A stretch of DNA of 64,000 bases from an uncultured Prochlorococcus sp. (GTDB lineage: Bacteria; Cyanobacteriota; Cyanobacteriia; PCC-6307; Cyanobiaceae), in NCBI GenBank assembly GCA_902550485.1, contig CACCZQ010000003.1, positions 34,099 to 98,098 of the forward strand, given 5' to 3'. Below are positions 23,870-37,013 of this stretch, in pieces; the stretch's first letter is position 1; each line of letters starts with the position of its first letter. The position numbers and the translations under genes were made by a program. The notes under the pieces are model-generated. The model saw nothing but the letters and a program-made list of their open reading frames with translations. It did no database searches and had not been told where the DNA came from.

Positions 23870-24682
23870 CTAGGAAGAGGTATTACTTACCTCAAGATTT
23901 TCTATAGGCAATTGAGCTACGCCACCATCAGGAATTATTCTTTTAATTTGAATTGGACCATATAAAGAATTAATTTGTTTAATTTCAATTTTGTTTTCAG
24001 ATGATAGAAATAACAAAGCCCAAAAAACTCCCAAACGATCTTTATCTAAATCATTTTTTACAACCTTTTGCCATTTCTTGACTAAATACTCAAAATCGGT
24101 CCATTGCAATGCTTTTTCCCATCCGTCAATAAATTCCCCTAATGCTTTAGTAGTTTCTGGGAGTTTCTCGCGATGTGCTAAAGATTTTACTTGAGAAATT
24201 AAAGCCCTATCAGAATATTTTTTATTTCTTTTTCTCTTCATTAGTAGAAGATCTTGGGATTCTATAACTTCTGCTATGGACTCCAACTGGCTGACAAGTT
24301 CTCCCAATGTTGTTGTACGTTTAAGAATTGGTTGTGCAATTGATCTTCTCCTTAGATATTTTTCAGGATATTTTGGAATATCAAATTCTTGATCAATCCA
24401 ATCTTGATCAACCAAATCAAATTCATCTTCAAAATCTGAAGAATTTTCTTTAAAAACATCAGATTCCAAAACCTGAGCCTTTAAATTGACTAGTACGGAA
24501 GCCGCAAAAAATGCTTCGCTTGTCTCAGCTAAATCCTTATGATATGAGACATGAATATTTGAAGATTTATTGAAGGTATGTGAGTATTGCTCTAAAAAGC
24601 TATCAATTACACCTATTACATCAATATCCCATGGATCAAGTTCACCTTTCCCTGCGGCGTCTTGAAGAAACTTAATCAACAA
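23870..24682 (-). CDS. scpA: Segregation and condensation protein A (kleisin)
   Basis: LDPWDIDV, AFFAASVLVNLKA and FWALLFLS motifs. Confidence 0.85.
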   Translation of the reverse strand: MLIKFLQDAAGKGELDPWDIDVIGVIDSFLEQYSHTFNKSSNIHVSYHKDLAETSEAFFAASVLVNLKAQVLESDVFKENSSDFEDEFDLVDQDWIDQEFDIPKYPEKYLRRRSIAQPILKRTTTLGELVSQLESIAEVIESQDLLLMKRKRNKKYSDRALISQVKSLAHREKLPETTKALGEFIDGWEKALQWTDFEYLVKKWQKVVKNDLDKDRLGVFWALLFLSSENKIEIKQINSLYGPIQIKRIIPDGGVAQLPIENLEVSNTSS

Positions 24683-24805
24683 TCTAGGGCCTAATTGTTG
24701 CCTATCAATAGGATTGAAATAAGATATTTTAAAATAGATAAAATCTACTCACAAGATATCTTTTAATTTATTTAATGCCAAACAATATTGCATTAATTTA
24801 AAAAA

Positions 24806-26446
24806 TTAGATTATCGGAGCTTTTAGAATGTTATTTTTTTTAGTTCCTGAAAAAATATTTGTTTTAACAGCACTTTTTACTGCAGTTAAATCTCTATCGA
24901 CTAAATTATTGATAGATGCAATATAACTTTCAGTAACTAATCTTGGGTACAAACCTATTCCAATAATAGGTAGAAGCAAACAAGCAATAATATAAACTTC
25001 CCTTGGCTCTGCATCTATAAGTTTTCTTTCTTCGATTAATTTAGGATTTTCTTTACCAAAGAAAATTTCTCGTAGCATTGAAAGTAGATAAATAGGAGTA
25101 AGTATAACGCCGATAGCAGCTAAAGAGGCCATCACTACCCTAAAAGGAAGCGTATACACTTCATCAGTAACAAATCCTGTAAATACCATTAATTCAGAAA
25201 CAAATCCACTCATACCAGGTAAAGCCAGTGAAGCGAGGGAGCAAGCAGTCCACAGGGCAAACATTATTCTCATTTTTTGTCCAACACCACTCATTTCATC
25301 AAGTTTAAGAGTCTTCGTTCTGTCATAGGTAGCACCAACAAGAAAAAATAAACTTGCACCGATCAATCCATGACTAACCATTTGAAGCATGGCTCCGCTC
25401 GTTCCAAGGCTACTAAAACTACCTATGCCAATAAGAACGAAACCCATATGACTTATCGAACTGTATGCAATTTTTCTTTTAAGATTTCTTTGAGCAAAAG
25501 AAGTTAATGCAGCATAAATTATATTGACTACCCCTAAAACTATTAATAATGGGGCAAATTGAGCATGAGCAACGGGTAATAATTGTGCATTAAATCTTAA
25601 AAGAGCATATCCTCCCATCTTTAATAAAATTCCTGCCAGAAGCATATGAACGGGAGCTGTAGCCTCTCCATGAGCATCTGGAAGCCAAGTATGAAGAGGT
25701 ACTATTGGTAGTTTCACGCCAAAAGCAATTAATAGACCCACATAACATAATATTTGGAATTTTTGACTAAAATCTTGAGCTGCCAAGTGAGAGAACTCAA
25801 AGTTAGGAATTCCTGTACCATAGAAACCCATTGCTAGGGCTGCTAGAAGAATGAAGATAGAACTGCCAGCTGTATAAATAATGAATTTTGTTGCTGCATA
25901 TTGTCGATTTTTACCACCCCATATGGCCAGTAATAAATATACGGGAATTAGCTCAAGTTCCCAGGTTAGAAAGAATAAAAGCATATCTTGTACGGCAAAT
26001 ACAGCGATTTGCCCACCATCCATAACTAATATCAAAAAGAAAAATAACTTTGGTTTGAACTTTACTGGCCATGCAGCAAGAACTGCTAAAGCGGTTATAA
26101 AACTAGTTAATAATATTAACGGCATAGACATGCCATCAGCACCAACAGACCAAGTAAGGCCTAAATCAGGGAGCCAACTAATATTTTCTTTCAGTTGAAC
26201 ATTTTCATTATTAATATCAAAGCCATTTATATAAGAACCTACAGTTATTAAAAAAGTTATTAATGCAATAGACAATGCAAACCATCTCACCTCTTTACCA
26301 TCCCCTTTATCTGGGAAAAAAGGTATCACAAATGCACTGCCAATTGGGAATAAAATTGAGGCAGATAACCAAGGAATATCAGACAATCCAGCCCCCAAAG
26401 TTCCTAACACTTGTGTCGCAAAATGTGTAAAAAAATAAGTACTCAA
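24806..26446 (-). CDS. ndhD: NDH-1 subunit D (chain 4)
   Basis: [25 protein letters not shown] and AYSSISHMG motifs. The exact start is uncertain and may lie a few codons downstream. Confidence 0.96.
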   Translation of the reverse strand: MSTYFFTHFATQVLGTLGAGLSDIPWLSASILFPIGSAFVIPFFPDKGDGKEVRWFALSIALITFLITVGSYINGFDINNENVQLKENISWLPDLGLTWSVGADGMSMPLILLTSFITALAVLAAWPVKFKPKLFFFLILVMDGGQIAVFAVQDMLLFFLTWELELIPVYLLLAIWGGKNRQYAATKFIIYTAGSSIFILLAALAMGFYGTGIPNFEFSHLAAQDFSQKFQILCYVGLLIAFGVKLPIVPLHTWLPDAHGEATAPVHMLLAGILLKMGGYALLRFNAQLLPVAHAQFAPLLIVLGVVNIIYAALTSFAQRNLKRKIAYSSISHMGFVLIGIGSFSSLGTSGAMLQMVSHGLIGASLFFLVGATYDRTKTLKLDEMSGVGQKMRIMFALWTACSLASLALPGMSGFVSELMVFTGFVTDEVYTLPFRVVMASLAAIGVILTPIYLLSMLREIFFGKENPKLIEERKLIDAEPREVYIIACLLLPIIGIGLYPRLVTESYIASINNLVDRDLTAVKSAVKTNIFSGTKKNNILKAPII

Positions 26447-26532
26447 TTTAAGTAAGAAATTTATCTTAAATAAAGTCTAGAAATTTTCTGTATTTTTTCA
26501 CCCCAATGGACAGTGAAGACACACAATTGTAA

Positions 26533-28554
26533 TTAAGATACTTGAGGCGATTGAAAACCAAATATGGCAACTAATAGAATAACTCCTCCAAAAACAATGA
26601 GCGCGTAAAATTGAGCCCTGCCAGTCTCAAAATACTTCAAACCTTCTCCACTGCCTAAAGTTACGAGTCCTGTAAGATTTACAACTCCATCTACAACCTT
26701 AGAATCAACTTCTAAGACTTCTTTAGCAAGTTTTCTACTACCCTTAACAAAAAGTTTTTCATTAATATCATCTAGATACCATTTATTGGATAAAAATTGG
26801 TTGATATTAGGAAACTTTTCGGCAAACAAAATTGACAAATTAATTTTTTTTACAAAATATGCCTGATAAGCAATAATGATTCCAGCAGATGCAATAAGAA
26901 CTGAAGCTATTGCTAAAGGCAAAAATTCCTTTAATTCGAAGGCTTTGGCAGCAGTTTCTGCTTCTTCAGGATCTAGTAAATTTGCAAATTTGCTATCCCA
27001 TGGAAGTCCCATAAAACCAATAATTACAGAAGGTACAGCTAGAAATACCAGGGGAAATGTCATTGACCAAGGTGACTCATGAATAGAGCCATGTTCTTCA
27101 TGATCTTCTTCATTTTCTTCATCTAGGTTTGTTTTAGAGGCTATTAGAAGCTCTTTTTGTAATTCTTTATTCTCCCCTCTGAAATCCCCTTCAAATGTCA
27201 AGAAATAAAGCCTAAACATATAAAAAGCAGTCATACCAGCTGTCAGAAGTCCTACGAACCAAAAAGCTGGAAATGATATGAAAGCATTTCCTAGTATCTC
27301 GTCTTTACTCCAAAAACCTGCCAATGGGGGAATTCCACTAATTGCTACACAACCTATTAAAAATGTAGTTGATGTATATGGCATTTTTTTTCTTAAACCG
27401 CCCATCAATCTCATATCTTGAGCTAATACAGGCTGATGGCCAACTACTTCTTCCATTGCATGTATTACTGAACCAGATCCCAGAAATAGCATTGCTTTAA
27501 AGCAAGCATGAGTTACTAAATGAAAAATTCCTGCAACTGGTGCTCCACAACCCATTGCGAGCATCATATACCCAAGCTGAGAAACTGTGCTGTACGCTAA
27601 ACCTTTTTTTAAATCCATTTGGGTCAAAGCAATAGAGGCTCCTAAAAAACAAGTAATGGTACCAACTAAAGCAATAATGAATTGAATAGAGGGGAATATT
27701 GAATACAAAGGTTGAAGTCTTGCTACAAGAAAGATTCCTGCTGCAACCATTGTTGCAGCATGGATAAGTGCAGAAATAGGTGTAGGACCTTCCATCGCAT
27801 CAGGCAACCACACATGAAGAGGAAACTGAGCGGATTTAGCCATTGGCCCAAGAAAAACTAAAAAACAAAGTAATAAAGCAGCCCAAATGGGTATAGAATG
27901 GTCAGTTATCGATTGAGAAATTCCAGTAGCTATTTCATTAAAATCAAAACTATTTGTTGCCCAAAACAGGCCAAGAATTCCTAGTAATAAACCAAAATCT
28001 CCCACTCTATTAACGACAAATGCTTTTTGTGCAGCATGTGCAGCGCCATCCCTGTCATACCAAAAACCAACTAATAAATAAGAACACATCCCAACCAATT
28101 CCCAAAAAACATAAATTTCTAATAAATTCGGACTAACTATTAATCCCATCATTGAACTACTAAATAATGCTAAATATGTAAAAAATCTTACATATCCTTT
28201 GTCATGCGCCATGTAACCATGAGAGTAAATCATTACCAGCAAAGTTATTGTAGTTACTAACGCAAGCATTACACTCCCCAAAGGATCAAGGACAAATCCC
28301 ATTGGAATTGTGAAATCACCTGCATTGGCCCATACAAATAATTTTTCTACTGATTGATAACCATTAACTTGTTCAATTAAGGCTTTATAACTAATTACAG
28401 CAGAAATCCCAACGAAAGAAATCAGACCTACAGAAACAATTTTTCTTGAATTATTAATTTTCTTATTAATGCTTATTAGTCCTAAGCCAGATAGCACTGC
28501 TCCAACAAGTGGGAAAACGGGAATTAACCAGGCAATTTCTGAAGCTTGTGGCAT
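26533..28554 (-). CDS. ndhF: NDH-1 subunit F (chain 5)
   Basis: KSAQFPLHVWLPDAMEGPTPISALIHAATMV and AYSTVSQLG motifs. Confidence 0.97.
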   Translation of the reverse strand: MPQASEIAWLIPVFPLVGAVLSGLGLISINKKINNSRKIVSVGLISFVGISAVISYKALIEQVNGYQSVEKLFVWANAGDFTIPMGFVLDPLGSVMLALVTTITLLVMIYSHGYMAHDKGYVRFFTYLALFSSSMMGLIVSPNLLEIYVFWELVGMCSYLLVGFWYDRDGAAHAAQKAFVVNRVGDFGLLLGILGLFWATNSFDFNEIATGISQSITDHSIPIWAALLLCFLVFLGPMAKSAQFPLHVWLPDAMEGPTPISALIHAATMVAAGIFLVARLQPLYSIFPSIQFIIALVGTITCFLGASIALTQMDLKKGLAYSTVSQLGYMMLAMGCGAPVAGIFHLVTHACFKAMLFLGSGSVIHAMEEVVGHQPVLAQDMRLMGGLRKKMPYTSTTFLIGCVAISGIPPLAGFWSKDEILGNAFISFPAFWFVGLLTAGMTAFYMFRLYFLTFEGDFRGENKELQKELLIASKTNLDEENEEDHEEHGSIHESPWSMTFPLVFLAVPSVIIGFMGLPWDSKFANLLDPEEAETAAKAFELKEFLPLAIASVLIASAGIIIAYQAYFVKKINLSILFAEKFPNINQFLSNKWYLDDINEKLFVKGSRKLAKEVLEVDSKVVDGVVNLTGLVTLGSGEGLKYFETGRAQFYALIVFGGVILLVAIFGFQSPQVS

Positions 28555-28587
28555 TTTTTAAAAAACTTATATTTTGATTTTAAACTG

Positions 28588-29316
28588 TCAATTGAAAAAT
28601 TCAGACAAAAATGATGAATTAAATGTTTTAACAGCAATATTTATATATTGATGAGACCACCAAAGAACCCCTATTGCAATAAATATACCAACTTGAGATA
28701 ACCTAAAAAATTCTTTAATCTTTAATTTTTGCCTCCCCTCAAGTATCGCCAAGAAAGGGATTATGGAAGTATTTTTTTTAAAATTTTCAAATTCTTCTCC
28801 AAATCTATTTGATAATCTCTTGTCGCCATGCCAGATTGCAAAAAGGTGATGCAAAACTAAGCCAATAGAAGTTACTAATGTGAATGATGTACCAATCCAT
28901 AAAGTATGAGCAAAACACCAAATTATTTGACCAAATGCTTGAGGATGTCTTGTGATTCGCATTATCCCAGTTCCATAGATTCGTACTTTAGGTTTTAAAA
29001 CGGAAGGAATTTCTAGCAAATTGTAAGTAGCGGGATATAAAAATAAAAAACTTATTGCAGTTAAGAACCAAACGACCATAAAAACAAAATTATTGCCCTG
29101 TAAATTCCATAATCTGATTCCGTCGTATCTATGAGCCAAAAAATAACTAATCAAGATAATTGCAGATGGCAAACTTAAAAAAACAAAACATAACCTCCAT
29201 AATCTTGGACCCATAATAGATTCTGCTTTGATTCTTAAAGCAGCTCCCCCACTATGAATGACCGCAAAAATTAAAATTAAAATGAAAATGATTAGCGAAG
29301 TTTTATGAGTCTCCAT
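28588..29316 (-). CDS. NnrU-family membrane protein (15-cis-zeta-carotene isomerase, Z-ISO-like)
   Basis: HSGGAALR, GIMRITRHPQ and WHGDKRL motifs; close to pds and crtB. Confidence 0.82.
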   Translation of the reverse strand: METHKTSLIIFILILIFAVIHSGGAALRIKAESIMGPRLWRLCFVFLSLPSAIILISYFLAHRYDGIRLWNLQGNNFVFMVVWFLTAISFLFLYPATYNLLEIPSVLKPKVRIYGTGIMRITRHPQAFGQIIWCFAHTLWIGTSFTLVTSIGLVLHHLFAIWHGDKRLSNRFGEEFENFKKNTSIIPFLAILEGRQKLKIKEFFRLSQVGIFIAIGVLWWSHQYINIAVKTFNSSFLSEFFN

Positions 29317-29399
29317 ATATTTAAATTGTTCAAATAATTTTTGTTCTTAACAAGAATGCTCCTAAGCATTAGAATTATAAGAAATTGTAGGCATAATAG

Positions 29400-30344
29400 A
29401 TGCCAGAATTACCATTTACACTCGACCAATTAAGAATATTAAAAGCTATAGCAGCTCAAGGAAGTTTTAAAAAAGCTGCAGATCTCTTATATGTAACCCA
29501 ACCTGCCGTAAGTTTACAAATACAAAATTTAGAAAAACAACTTGAAATCACAATTTTCGACAGAGGTGGTAGGAAAGCTCTATTGACTGAAGCGGGGAGA
29601 CTATTGCTTGATTATTGCGAACGAATTTTGAATCAATGCGACGAAGCTTGTAAAGCTATTGAAGATTTAAATAGCTTAAAAGGAGGAACTCTCGTAATTG
29701 GAGCCAGCCAAACAACTGGAACCTATTTAATGCCAAGGATGATAGGACTATTCAGACAAAAATACCCCGATGTATCTGTTCAACTTCAAGTTCACAGTAC
29801 TAGAAGAACTGGTTGGAGTGTCGCCAATGGACAAATTGACTTAGCTATTATTGGCGGACAATTACCTGGAGATTTAGAAAATTTACTACAAGTAATTCCA
29901 TATGCCACAGATGAATTGGCATTAGTTTTACCCTCTAAACACCCACTTTCGACCAAAAAAGAACTCTTAAAAGAAGACTTATACAAATTAAATTTTGTAA
30001 CATTAGACTCTCAATCTACAACAAGAAAAGTTGTTGACAAACTTCTTCAAGACTCTGGGCTTGATATTCAAAGGTTAAAAATTGAGATGGAACTTAACTC
30101 TCTTGAAGCAATCAAAAATGCAGTTCAATCAGGATTAGGTGCTTCTTTTTTACCTGTTGTTTCTATTGAAAGAGAATTATCTGCCGGAACAATCCACAAA
30201 GCATTTATCGCTGACTTAGAGGTTAAAAGAGAACTTAAATTAATTACCAATCCTTCAAGATATACATCAAGAGCATCAGAAGTCTTTAAGAAAAATATTT
30301 TGCCACAATTTGCTAGTTTAGAAAGCCCTTTGAGGCATAAATAG
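29400..30344 (+). CDS. rbcR: LysR-type transcriptional regulator (RbcR/Ycf30-like)
   Basis: LPFTLDQL and [24 protein letters not shown]; GASQTTGTY motif. Confidence 0.88.
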   Translation: MPELPFTLDQLRILKAIAAQGSFKKAADLLYVTQPAVSLQIQNLEKQLEITIFDRGGRKALLTEAGRLLLDYCERILNQCDEACKAIEDLNSLKGGTLVIGASQTTGTYLMPRMIGLFRQKYPDVSVQLQVHSTRRTGWSVANGQIDLAIIGGQLPGDLENLLQVIPYATDELALVLPSKHPLSTKKELLKEDLYKLNFVTLDSQSTTRKVVDKLLQDSGLDIQRLKIEMELNSLEAIKNAVQSGLGASFLPVVSIERELSAGTIHKAFIADLEVKRELKLITNPSRYTSRASEVFKKNILPQFASLESPLRHK

Positions 30345-30350
30345 TTTTGA

Positions 30351-30974
30351 TCAAAACTGAATTGCTTCCTTATTAATTCCAACTCCTCCGTCCTCGGCTT
30401 GTCCATCGCCTTTAATAATAAATTTATTTTCGTTTACATCGGTCTGATAAACACACTTAACTATTGGCTTATCTCTTATAGATCCGATATAAGCGAAAGT
30501 ATTCATCCTTTGCTTACATTCTCTTACATCTTCGTTGCTAATTGCTCCCTGTTTTTGTAATACTGTCCAATTCTCTCTTCTAATAACACAACCTGGCTGA
30601 AGAGCTGGTTGCGTTACAAAACTCGTAGATGGATTAAGAGTTGTATACATTTCAACATCAATTACAAAGGCACTAGCTCCCCATTGTCTGCAAAATTCAG
30701 GGTCGGGAACAGCCATATCTAATTGTTGTTGACTAGCTATGTTTCCTTGTCCTCCATCTGTTGTGCTAGTAATAGCACTCCCAATACCAACTCCTAAAAT
30801 TAGTACTCCAGCAAGTACGGCAATAGTTCCTGTACTAAAATTGATCTTTTGTTCAGAAGTAGCGGGCAATCTATTGCTTCTTTGACCATACGGATCCATA
30901 TCCTTTGGATTTGGTGGATAATAATTTCTATTTGAGCCTCTTCTTGGCCTTCTATTAGAGGATGATCTATTCAC
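30351..30974 (-). CDS. Conserved cyanobacterial membrane-anchored protein (DUF3172-like)
   Basis: One TM segment, then [23 protein letters not shown] and CKQRMNTF. Confidence 0.75.
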   Translation of the reverse strand: MNRSSSNRRPRRGSNRNYYPPNPKDMDPYGQRSNRLPATSEQKINFSTGTIAVLAGVLILGVGIGSAITSTTDGGQGNIASQQQLDMAVPDPEFCRQWGASAFVIDVEMYTTLNPSTSFVTQPALQPGCVIRRENWTVLQKQGAISNEDVRECKQRMNTFAYIGSIRDKPIVKCVYQTDVNENKFIIKGDGQAEDGGVGINKEAIQF

Positions 30975-31318
30975 AGCACTTCATTTGTCTTTGGTAAACC
31001 CATTGAATAATTCATTACTCTACAATCAGGGTTATAGCTAAGCTGACCATTTTGAAGCAAAAATTTAATCAAACCTTCAATTTCTGATCCTATTTTTCGA
31101 AGTTCATAATCATCTAAATCCTTTCCTGCTCTCTCTTTTATTAATTCATTGAATTTTTCATTTATTTTGTTTAGAGGATCTTCGTTCCAAATAAATTCGT
31201 TATCAGGATCTAAATCAAGAGTTAGTTTATTGGGATGAAACTTTAATTCCTCATCTACCACTTCGGCCGTGAAAATTCTTACATGCCTAGTAGTCGATTT
31301 TAAAAGCATTTTTTCCAT
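30971..31318 (-). CDS. ndhM: NDH-1 subunit M
   Basis: [20 protein letters not shown] and [10 protein letters not shown] motifs. Confidence 0.93.
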   Translation of the reverse strand: MEKMLLKSTTRHVRIFTAEVVDEELKFHPNKLTLDLDPDNEFIWNEDPLNKINEKFNELIKERAGKDLDDYELRKIGSEIEGLIKFLLQNGQLSYNPDCRVMNYSMGLPKTNEVL

Positions 31319-31366
31319 AATTTTACGAAATAATCAACGAAAAAAACTATTATGTTCTAACTTTAA

Positions 31367-32809
<1,443 letters not shown>

Positions 32810-32849
32810 GATTGACATTCCAGTAATTTAAAAATTCATCTAAAACTTT

Positions 32850-33758
32850 TTGAAAAATTCAATTTCTCAACTAGATCAAGCATACGAGATATGCCGAAAA
32901 GAAACCCAAAAATGGGCTAAAACCTTTTACTTGGGGACCCTTCTGCTACCTGTAGAGAAAAGAAAAGCTATTTGGGCTATATATGTTTGGTGTAGAAGAA
33001 CAGATGAAATAATGGATAGCTTAGAAGCCTCAACTAAATCGCAAGATGAACTTGCAGAAAATTTAAATGCATGGGAAGAAAATACAAAGAATGTTTTTAA
33101 AGGCAACATTAAATCAGAATTAGATGCCGTTCTACTAGACACCATCGAAAAATATCCACAAAGTATTCAACCTTATCTAGACATGATAGATGGCCAGAGA
33201 ATGGATCTTAATAAATTTAGATACAAAGATTTTGACGAATTAAAACTCTATTGTTATAGAGTCGCAGGGACTGTAGGCTTAATGACTCAAAATGTGATGG
33301 GAATTGATAGCGCTTATACATCAGCCCCATGGAGTGACAAACCTGACCCCTCAGAAGCAGCTATAGCTTTAGGTATAGCTAATCAATTAACAAATATATT
33401 GAGAGATGTCGGCGAAGATAGGCAAAGAGGTAGGATTTATCTTCCTCAAGAAGATATCGAGAAATTTAATTATTCTGAAGAAAAACTTTTAAAAGGTGAA
33501 ATAAACAATCAATGGAAAGCACTAATGAAATTTCAATTAACCAGAGCTCGCGATTGGTTCCAGAAATCCGAAGATGGAATCAAGTGGTTATCTTCTGACG
33601 CAAGATGGCCAGTTTGGACATCCTTACGTCTTTACAGGGGAATATTAGATTCTATAGAGAGGCTAGACTATGATGTATTTAATAATAGAGCTTTTGTAAA
33701 AAATTCAGTAAAAGCTTTTGAAATTCCTATATCTTTTTTAATTTCTAGAATTAAATGA
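32850..33758 (+). CDS. crtB: Phytoene synthase
   Basis: AKTFYLG, YCYRVAGTVG and QLTNILRDVGED motifs. Confidence 0.97.
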   Translation: MKNSISQLDQAYEICRKETQKWAKTFYLGTLLLPVEKRKAIWAIYVWCRRTDEIMDSLEASTKSQDELAENLNAWEENTKNVFKGNIKSELDAVLLDTIEKYPQSIQPYLDMIDGQRMDLNKFRYKDFDELKLYCYRVAGTVGLMTQNVMGIDSAYTSAPWSDKPDPSEAAIALGIANQLTNILRDVGEDRQRGRIYLPQEDIEKFNYSEEKLLKGEINNQWKALMKFQLTRARDWFQKSEDGIKWLSSDARWPVWTSLRLYRGILDSIERLDYDVFNNRAFVKNSVKAFEIPISFLISRIK

Positions 33759-34178
33759 CTAAGCAGGAGTCTTCTGATTAGCCAACAAATCTTTTAATTT
33801 AGATAGTTCTCCTGCCCATCTTGGATCAGGAGCTTCTAAGTTAGGAGCATCACTGTGAACAATTTTTTTAAAGTCTTTCCTCTTCTTATTCTTATTTAAT
33901 TTTCCACTATTTCTTTTATTTGAAGCAGAATCTTTCTTTTCTGACAGCTCTACTCTTAATTTAGAACCATTAAATTCAAAACCATTTAACTTTTGAATTA
34001 ATAAATTAGCATTATCTTCATTATTAGAAGTCGCAAAACCAAACCCCCTGCATTCCTTTGTTTCCTTATCTAAAACTGCTTTAAATCTAATCGAATCAGA
34101 AACTGACTTTAAAAGTGTATCAAATTCTTTTGGATTAAATCCTTGTGGTAAGTTGCCAATGTAAATGCGAATACTCAT
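33759..34178 (-). CDS. RRM RNA-binding protein
   Basis: RNP2 (IYIGNL) and RNP1 (RGFGF); C-terminal APDPRWA motif. Confidence 0.9.
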   Translation of the reverse strand: MSIRIYIGNLPQGFNPKEFDTLLKSVSDSIRFKAVLDKETKECRGFGFATSNNEDNANLLIQKLNGFEFNGSKLRVELSEKKDSASNKRNSGKLNKNKKRKDFKKIVHSDAPNLEAPDPRWAGELSKLKDLLANQKTPA

Positions 34179-34236
34179 AAATTTTTAAGAATGATTTTGA
34201 AGTCTGAACTTCTAAACAAAACTAAGCTATGTGTAT

Positions 34237-35454
34237 TTAATCACATTTTGGCGCATTTTGTTCAATCCATCGCTTTGCTTTATAAATAGCTTCATCAAAA
34301 TTATTCAATCTCTTATATGCAAGTTCCTTGGAAAGATACTGTAAAAGCTCTCCCAAGATAGGTCCATCCTTGATTTCCAAATTTTTTTTAATTACATCAC
34401 CATTAACTAAGTTTGAGGGATGAAATAATTTATCATCGTTGTCACGCCATCTATGAAGCCAATCTAGTTGTAAGTTTTGAGGTAAATAAAAAATAAAAGA
34501 TGGCAGAAACATTTCTAATTCTTGATGTAATTTAAATCTGTCAAATTCATCTAATTGAGGGATATTTTTGTTTTTCAAGAAAAGGTGCCATTTTCTCAAT
34601 AACTTAGTTTTTGCAATATCAGCTTTACTAAATTTCAGTTTCTCTAAAGTTACAACATCTAAGATTTGAGCGATAAAAAATGATGGTAAATATTTATCTT
34701 TTTCTTCCTGATCAAGTTCTCCATAATTAATTTTCTCTAAATCCAAAAAAAACGAATCTTCAAATAAATTTTCAGTATCAAATATATTTAAATTTTTTAT
34801 CAACAATACTGCATCAAGAGCATTTGCTCCATTTACTATTTTCTGTATTTCATTATTAATTCTCTCTTTTGCGACAAGATATAAGTTCCCTTTATTTTTT
34901 TTTATAAAATCAACTAATCTTAAATCAATTTTAAAGTTCAATTCTGAAACAAATCGAAAACATCTTAAAATTCGTAAAGGATCATTTAATAAATTGTTTT
35001 CAGAATGAGTTCTAAGCAAAGAAATCTCAAGATCTTTAAGACCATTTAATGGATCAAATAAACTCTTCTTATCAAATAAAAAAGCAATTGAATTAATCGA
35101 AAAGTCTCTAGAACATAAATCTCCTTCTATGGAAGATGAAACTTGATTAGCAATATCAATATAAATATTATTAAGAATAATTCTTACTACTTCTCTTTTT
35201 TTATCTAAAATTATAAATTTTGATCCAAGATTATCTGCAATCTTTTCACCAATTTCAATTGCATTTAAAGGTACCACAATATCAACATCTAACTTTTCAG
35301 TTTTTCTTCCCAAAATAATATCTCTTATATATCCACCAACCAAATATGATCCTTTAGGTAAAAAACCTAAGATAAAATCCAAATTATGAAATTTTATACT
35401 TTTTTCTAATTCATCAATTATTAGTGTATGATCTTTGTGAAAGCTATTTTTCAT
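34237..35454 (-). CDS. tRNA nucleotidyltransferase / poly(A) polymerase family protein
   Basis: LVGGYIRD, DVD, RDFSINSIA, DPLRILR and ERI motifs. Confidence 0.9.
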   Translation of the reverse strand: MKNSFHKDHTLIIDELEKSIKFHNLDFILGFLPKGSYLVGGYIRDIILGRKTEKLDVDIVVPLNAIEIGEKIADNLGSKFIILDKKREVVRIILNNIYIDIANQVSSSIEGDLCSRDFSINSIAFLFDKKSLFDPLNGLKDLEISLLRTHSENNLLNDPLRILRCFRFVSELNFKIDLRLVDFIKKNKGNLYLVAKERINNEIQKIVNGANALDAVLLIKNLNIFDTENLFEDSFFLDLEKINYGELDQEEKDKYLPSFFIAQILDVVTLEKLKFSKADIAKTKLLRKWHLFLKNKNIPQLDEFDRFKLHQELEMFLPSFIFYLPQNLQLDWLHRWRDNDDKLFHPSNLVNGDVIKKNLEIKDGPILGELLQYLSKELAYKRLNNFDEAIYKAKRWIEQNAPKCD

Positions 35455-35468
35455 ATTATTTATTAATT

Positions 35469-35720
35469 ATGTGCATTTGCATCAACTGTAAATGGGTTGA
35501 TAGATGTATCACATATCATGATGTTGAGAATAATCATGGTGTTGATCATATTTGTGATCTACCTGATTTTAAAGCAAAAAAACCATTCATTCATGTCAAT
35601 ATAGTTAAAGATAATAATGGTGATTATAAAACTGATTGGGATGTTCAATCTTGTGAAAGTTTTGAAAATGAATTTGGTAAATGGTCTAAGTTTAATCCAG
35701 GTATGGAATTGCCTGTTTAA
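35469..35720 (+). CDS. ycf34: Ycf34 family protein
   Basis: MCICINCKWVDRCITYH and WDVQSC motifs; the ATG at 35469 is preferred over the track start. Confidence 0.85.
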   Translation: MCICINCKWVDRCITYHDVENNHGVDHICDLPDFKAKKPFIHVNIVKDNNGDYKTDWDVQSCESFENEFGKWSKFNPGMELPV

Positions 35721-35729
35721 AGGTAATAG

Positions 35730-36383
35730 ATGACAAGTAAACTCAATCAAGGAGAAAATTACTCTACATTAGTGATTCATAGCACAGATAATTCTTTTGG
35801 CTTTGGGTATAGAAAAAACAATGACCTAGAATCTGATGAATTATTTATCAAGAAATTTGATAATGATCTTTGCAACAACTTAATAAATGATCTTCACAAA
35901 TTCATTTCCAAAGAAAATTTACAAAAAATAAATAAGTTATCTGTCAGCATAGGGCCAGCAAATTTTAATGCTTCACGACTAATTGTAGTTTTAGCAAGAA
36001 CTATCTCACAACAAATAAATTGCCCTTTAGACAGTTTTACTTCATTTGAAATAATGGCAAAAAGAATTGCATCAAAAAATAATATCTTAAAAAACAAAAA
36101 ATCATTCTGGATTTTCAAAAATTTAAAACGTAAGGGTTTTATTGCAGGTAAATATGAAATTTGTGGTAATGAAAAAAACTCCTCGAATTTAATCATTCGA
36201 GAAACAATTTTACCAAAAGTTGTCAAAGAACTTGATAGTAAAGAACTTTCTTTTGAAGCTACTTATGATGATAAAAAAGATTTGAAAGAACTATTAGATT
36301 TATCAAATAAAAATTTATTAAATTCAAATATAGATTCCTGGAGAAAAGTTTTACCTCTTTACCCTATTTCTCCAATTAACTAA
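35730..36383 (+). CDS. tsaB: tRNA threonylcarbamoyladenosine biosynthesis protein TsaB-like (divergent)
   Basis: VSIGPANFNASR resembles the GPGSFTGxR motif; position next to ycf34 and plsC. Confidence 0.7.
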   Translation: MTSKLNQGENYSTLVIHSTDNSFGFGYRKNNDLESDELFIKKFDNDLCNNLINDLHKFISKENLQKINKLSVSIGPANFNASRLIVVLARTISQQINCPLDSFTSFEIMAKRIASKNNILKNKKSFWIFKNLKRKGFIAGKYEICGNEKNSSNLIIRETILPKVVKELDSKELSFEATYDDKKDLKELLDLSNKNLLNSNIDSWRKVLPLYPISPIN

Positions 36384-36387
36384 ATAT

Positions 36388-37008
36388 TCATCCAATCAAA
36401 TTATTAATTTTATCTTGAAGGTGCATTGTTACAGAATTCAAATCATCTCTTGATGAACTTTGTGGAGGTTGGACAGGTTTTCCCACTTTAATAACTATTT
36501 TTGAAAATAAAGGAATACCGAATTTAAATCTTATTAGACGATGTGAATTAACAATTGCTACGGGCAATAATAATTTTTGATTTTTAAAGGCTAATAATGA
36601 TGCCCCTTGTTTAGGCTTATTTACTCGACCATTTTTTTGACGAGTGCCATCAATAAAAATTCCAATACAATTATCATTTGATAATTTTTTACATGCTGTT
36701 TTAATTGTATTTTTATCAGCAATTCCTCTTTTTACCGGATAAGCTCCACAAGCCTTGATAATAAATCCAAGAAAAGGAATTTTAAAAAGCTCAGCCTTTG
36801 CCATAAAAGATATATTCCGTCCAAGAGCATGTCCTAATAAAGGAGGATCAAGTAAAGAACCATGATTTGAAACCATGATAAAAGAGTCTTTTTGTGGAAT
36901 ATTGTCTCTACCTATTAAATGACCTTTAAATACAAATTTATAAATTGGAAATACAAAAAGCTTGCTAACTAATTCATAGATTAATTTTTGAATAGTATGA
37001 TTTTTCAT
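36388..37008 (-). CDS. plsC: 1-acyl-sn-glycerol-3-phosphate acyltransferase
   Basis: NHGSLLD (HX4D), AKAELF and FIDGTR motifs. Confidence 0.92.
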   Translation of the reverse strand: MKNHTIQKLIYELVSKLFVFPIYKFVFKGHLIGRDNIPQKDSFIMVSNHGSLLDPPLLGHALGRNISFMAKAELFKIPFLGFIIKACGAYPVKRGIADKNTIKTACKKLSNDNCIGIFIDGTRQKNGRVNKPKQGASLLAFKNQKLLLPVAIVNSHRLIRFKFGIPLFSKIVIKVGKPVQPPQSSSRDDLNSVTMHLQDKINNLIG

Positions 37009-37013
37009 ACAAA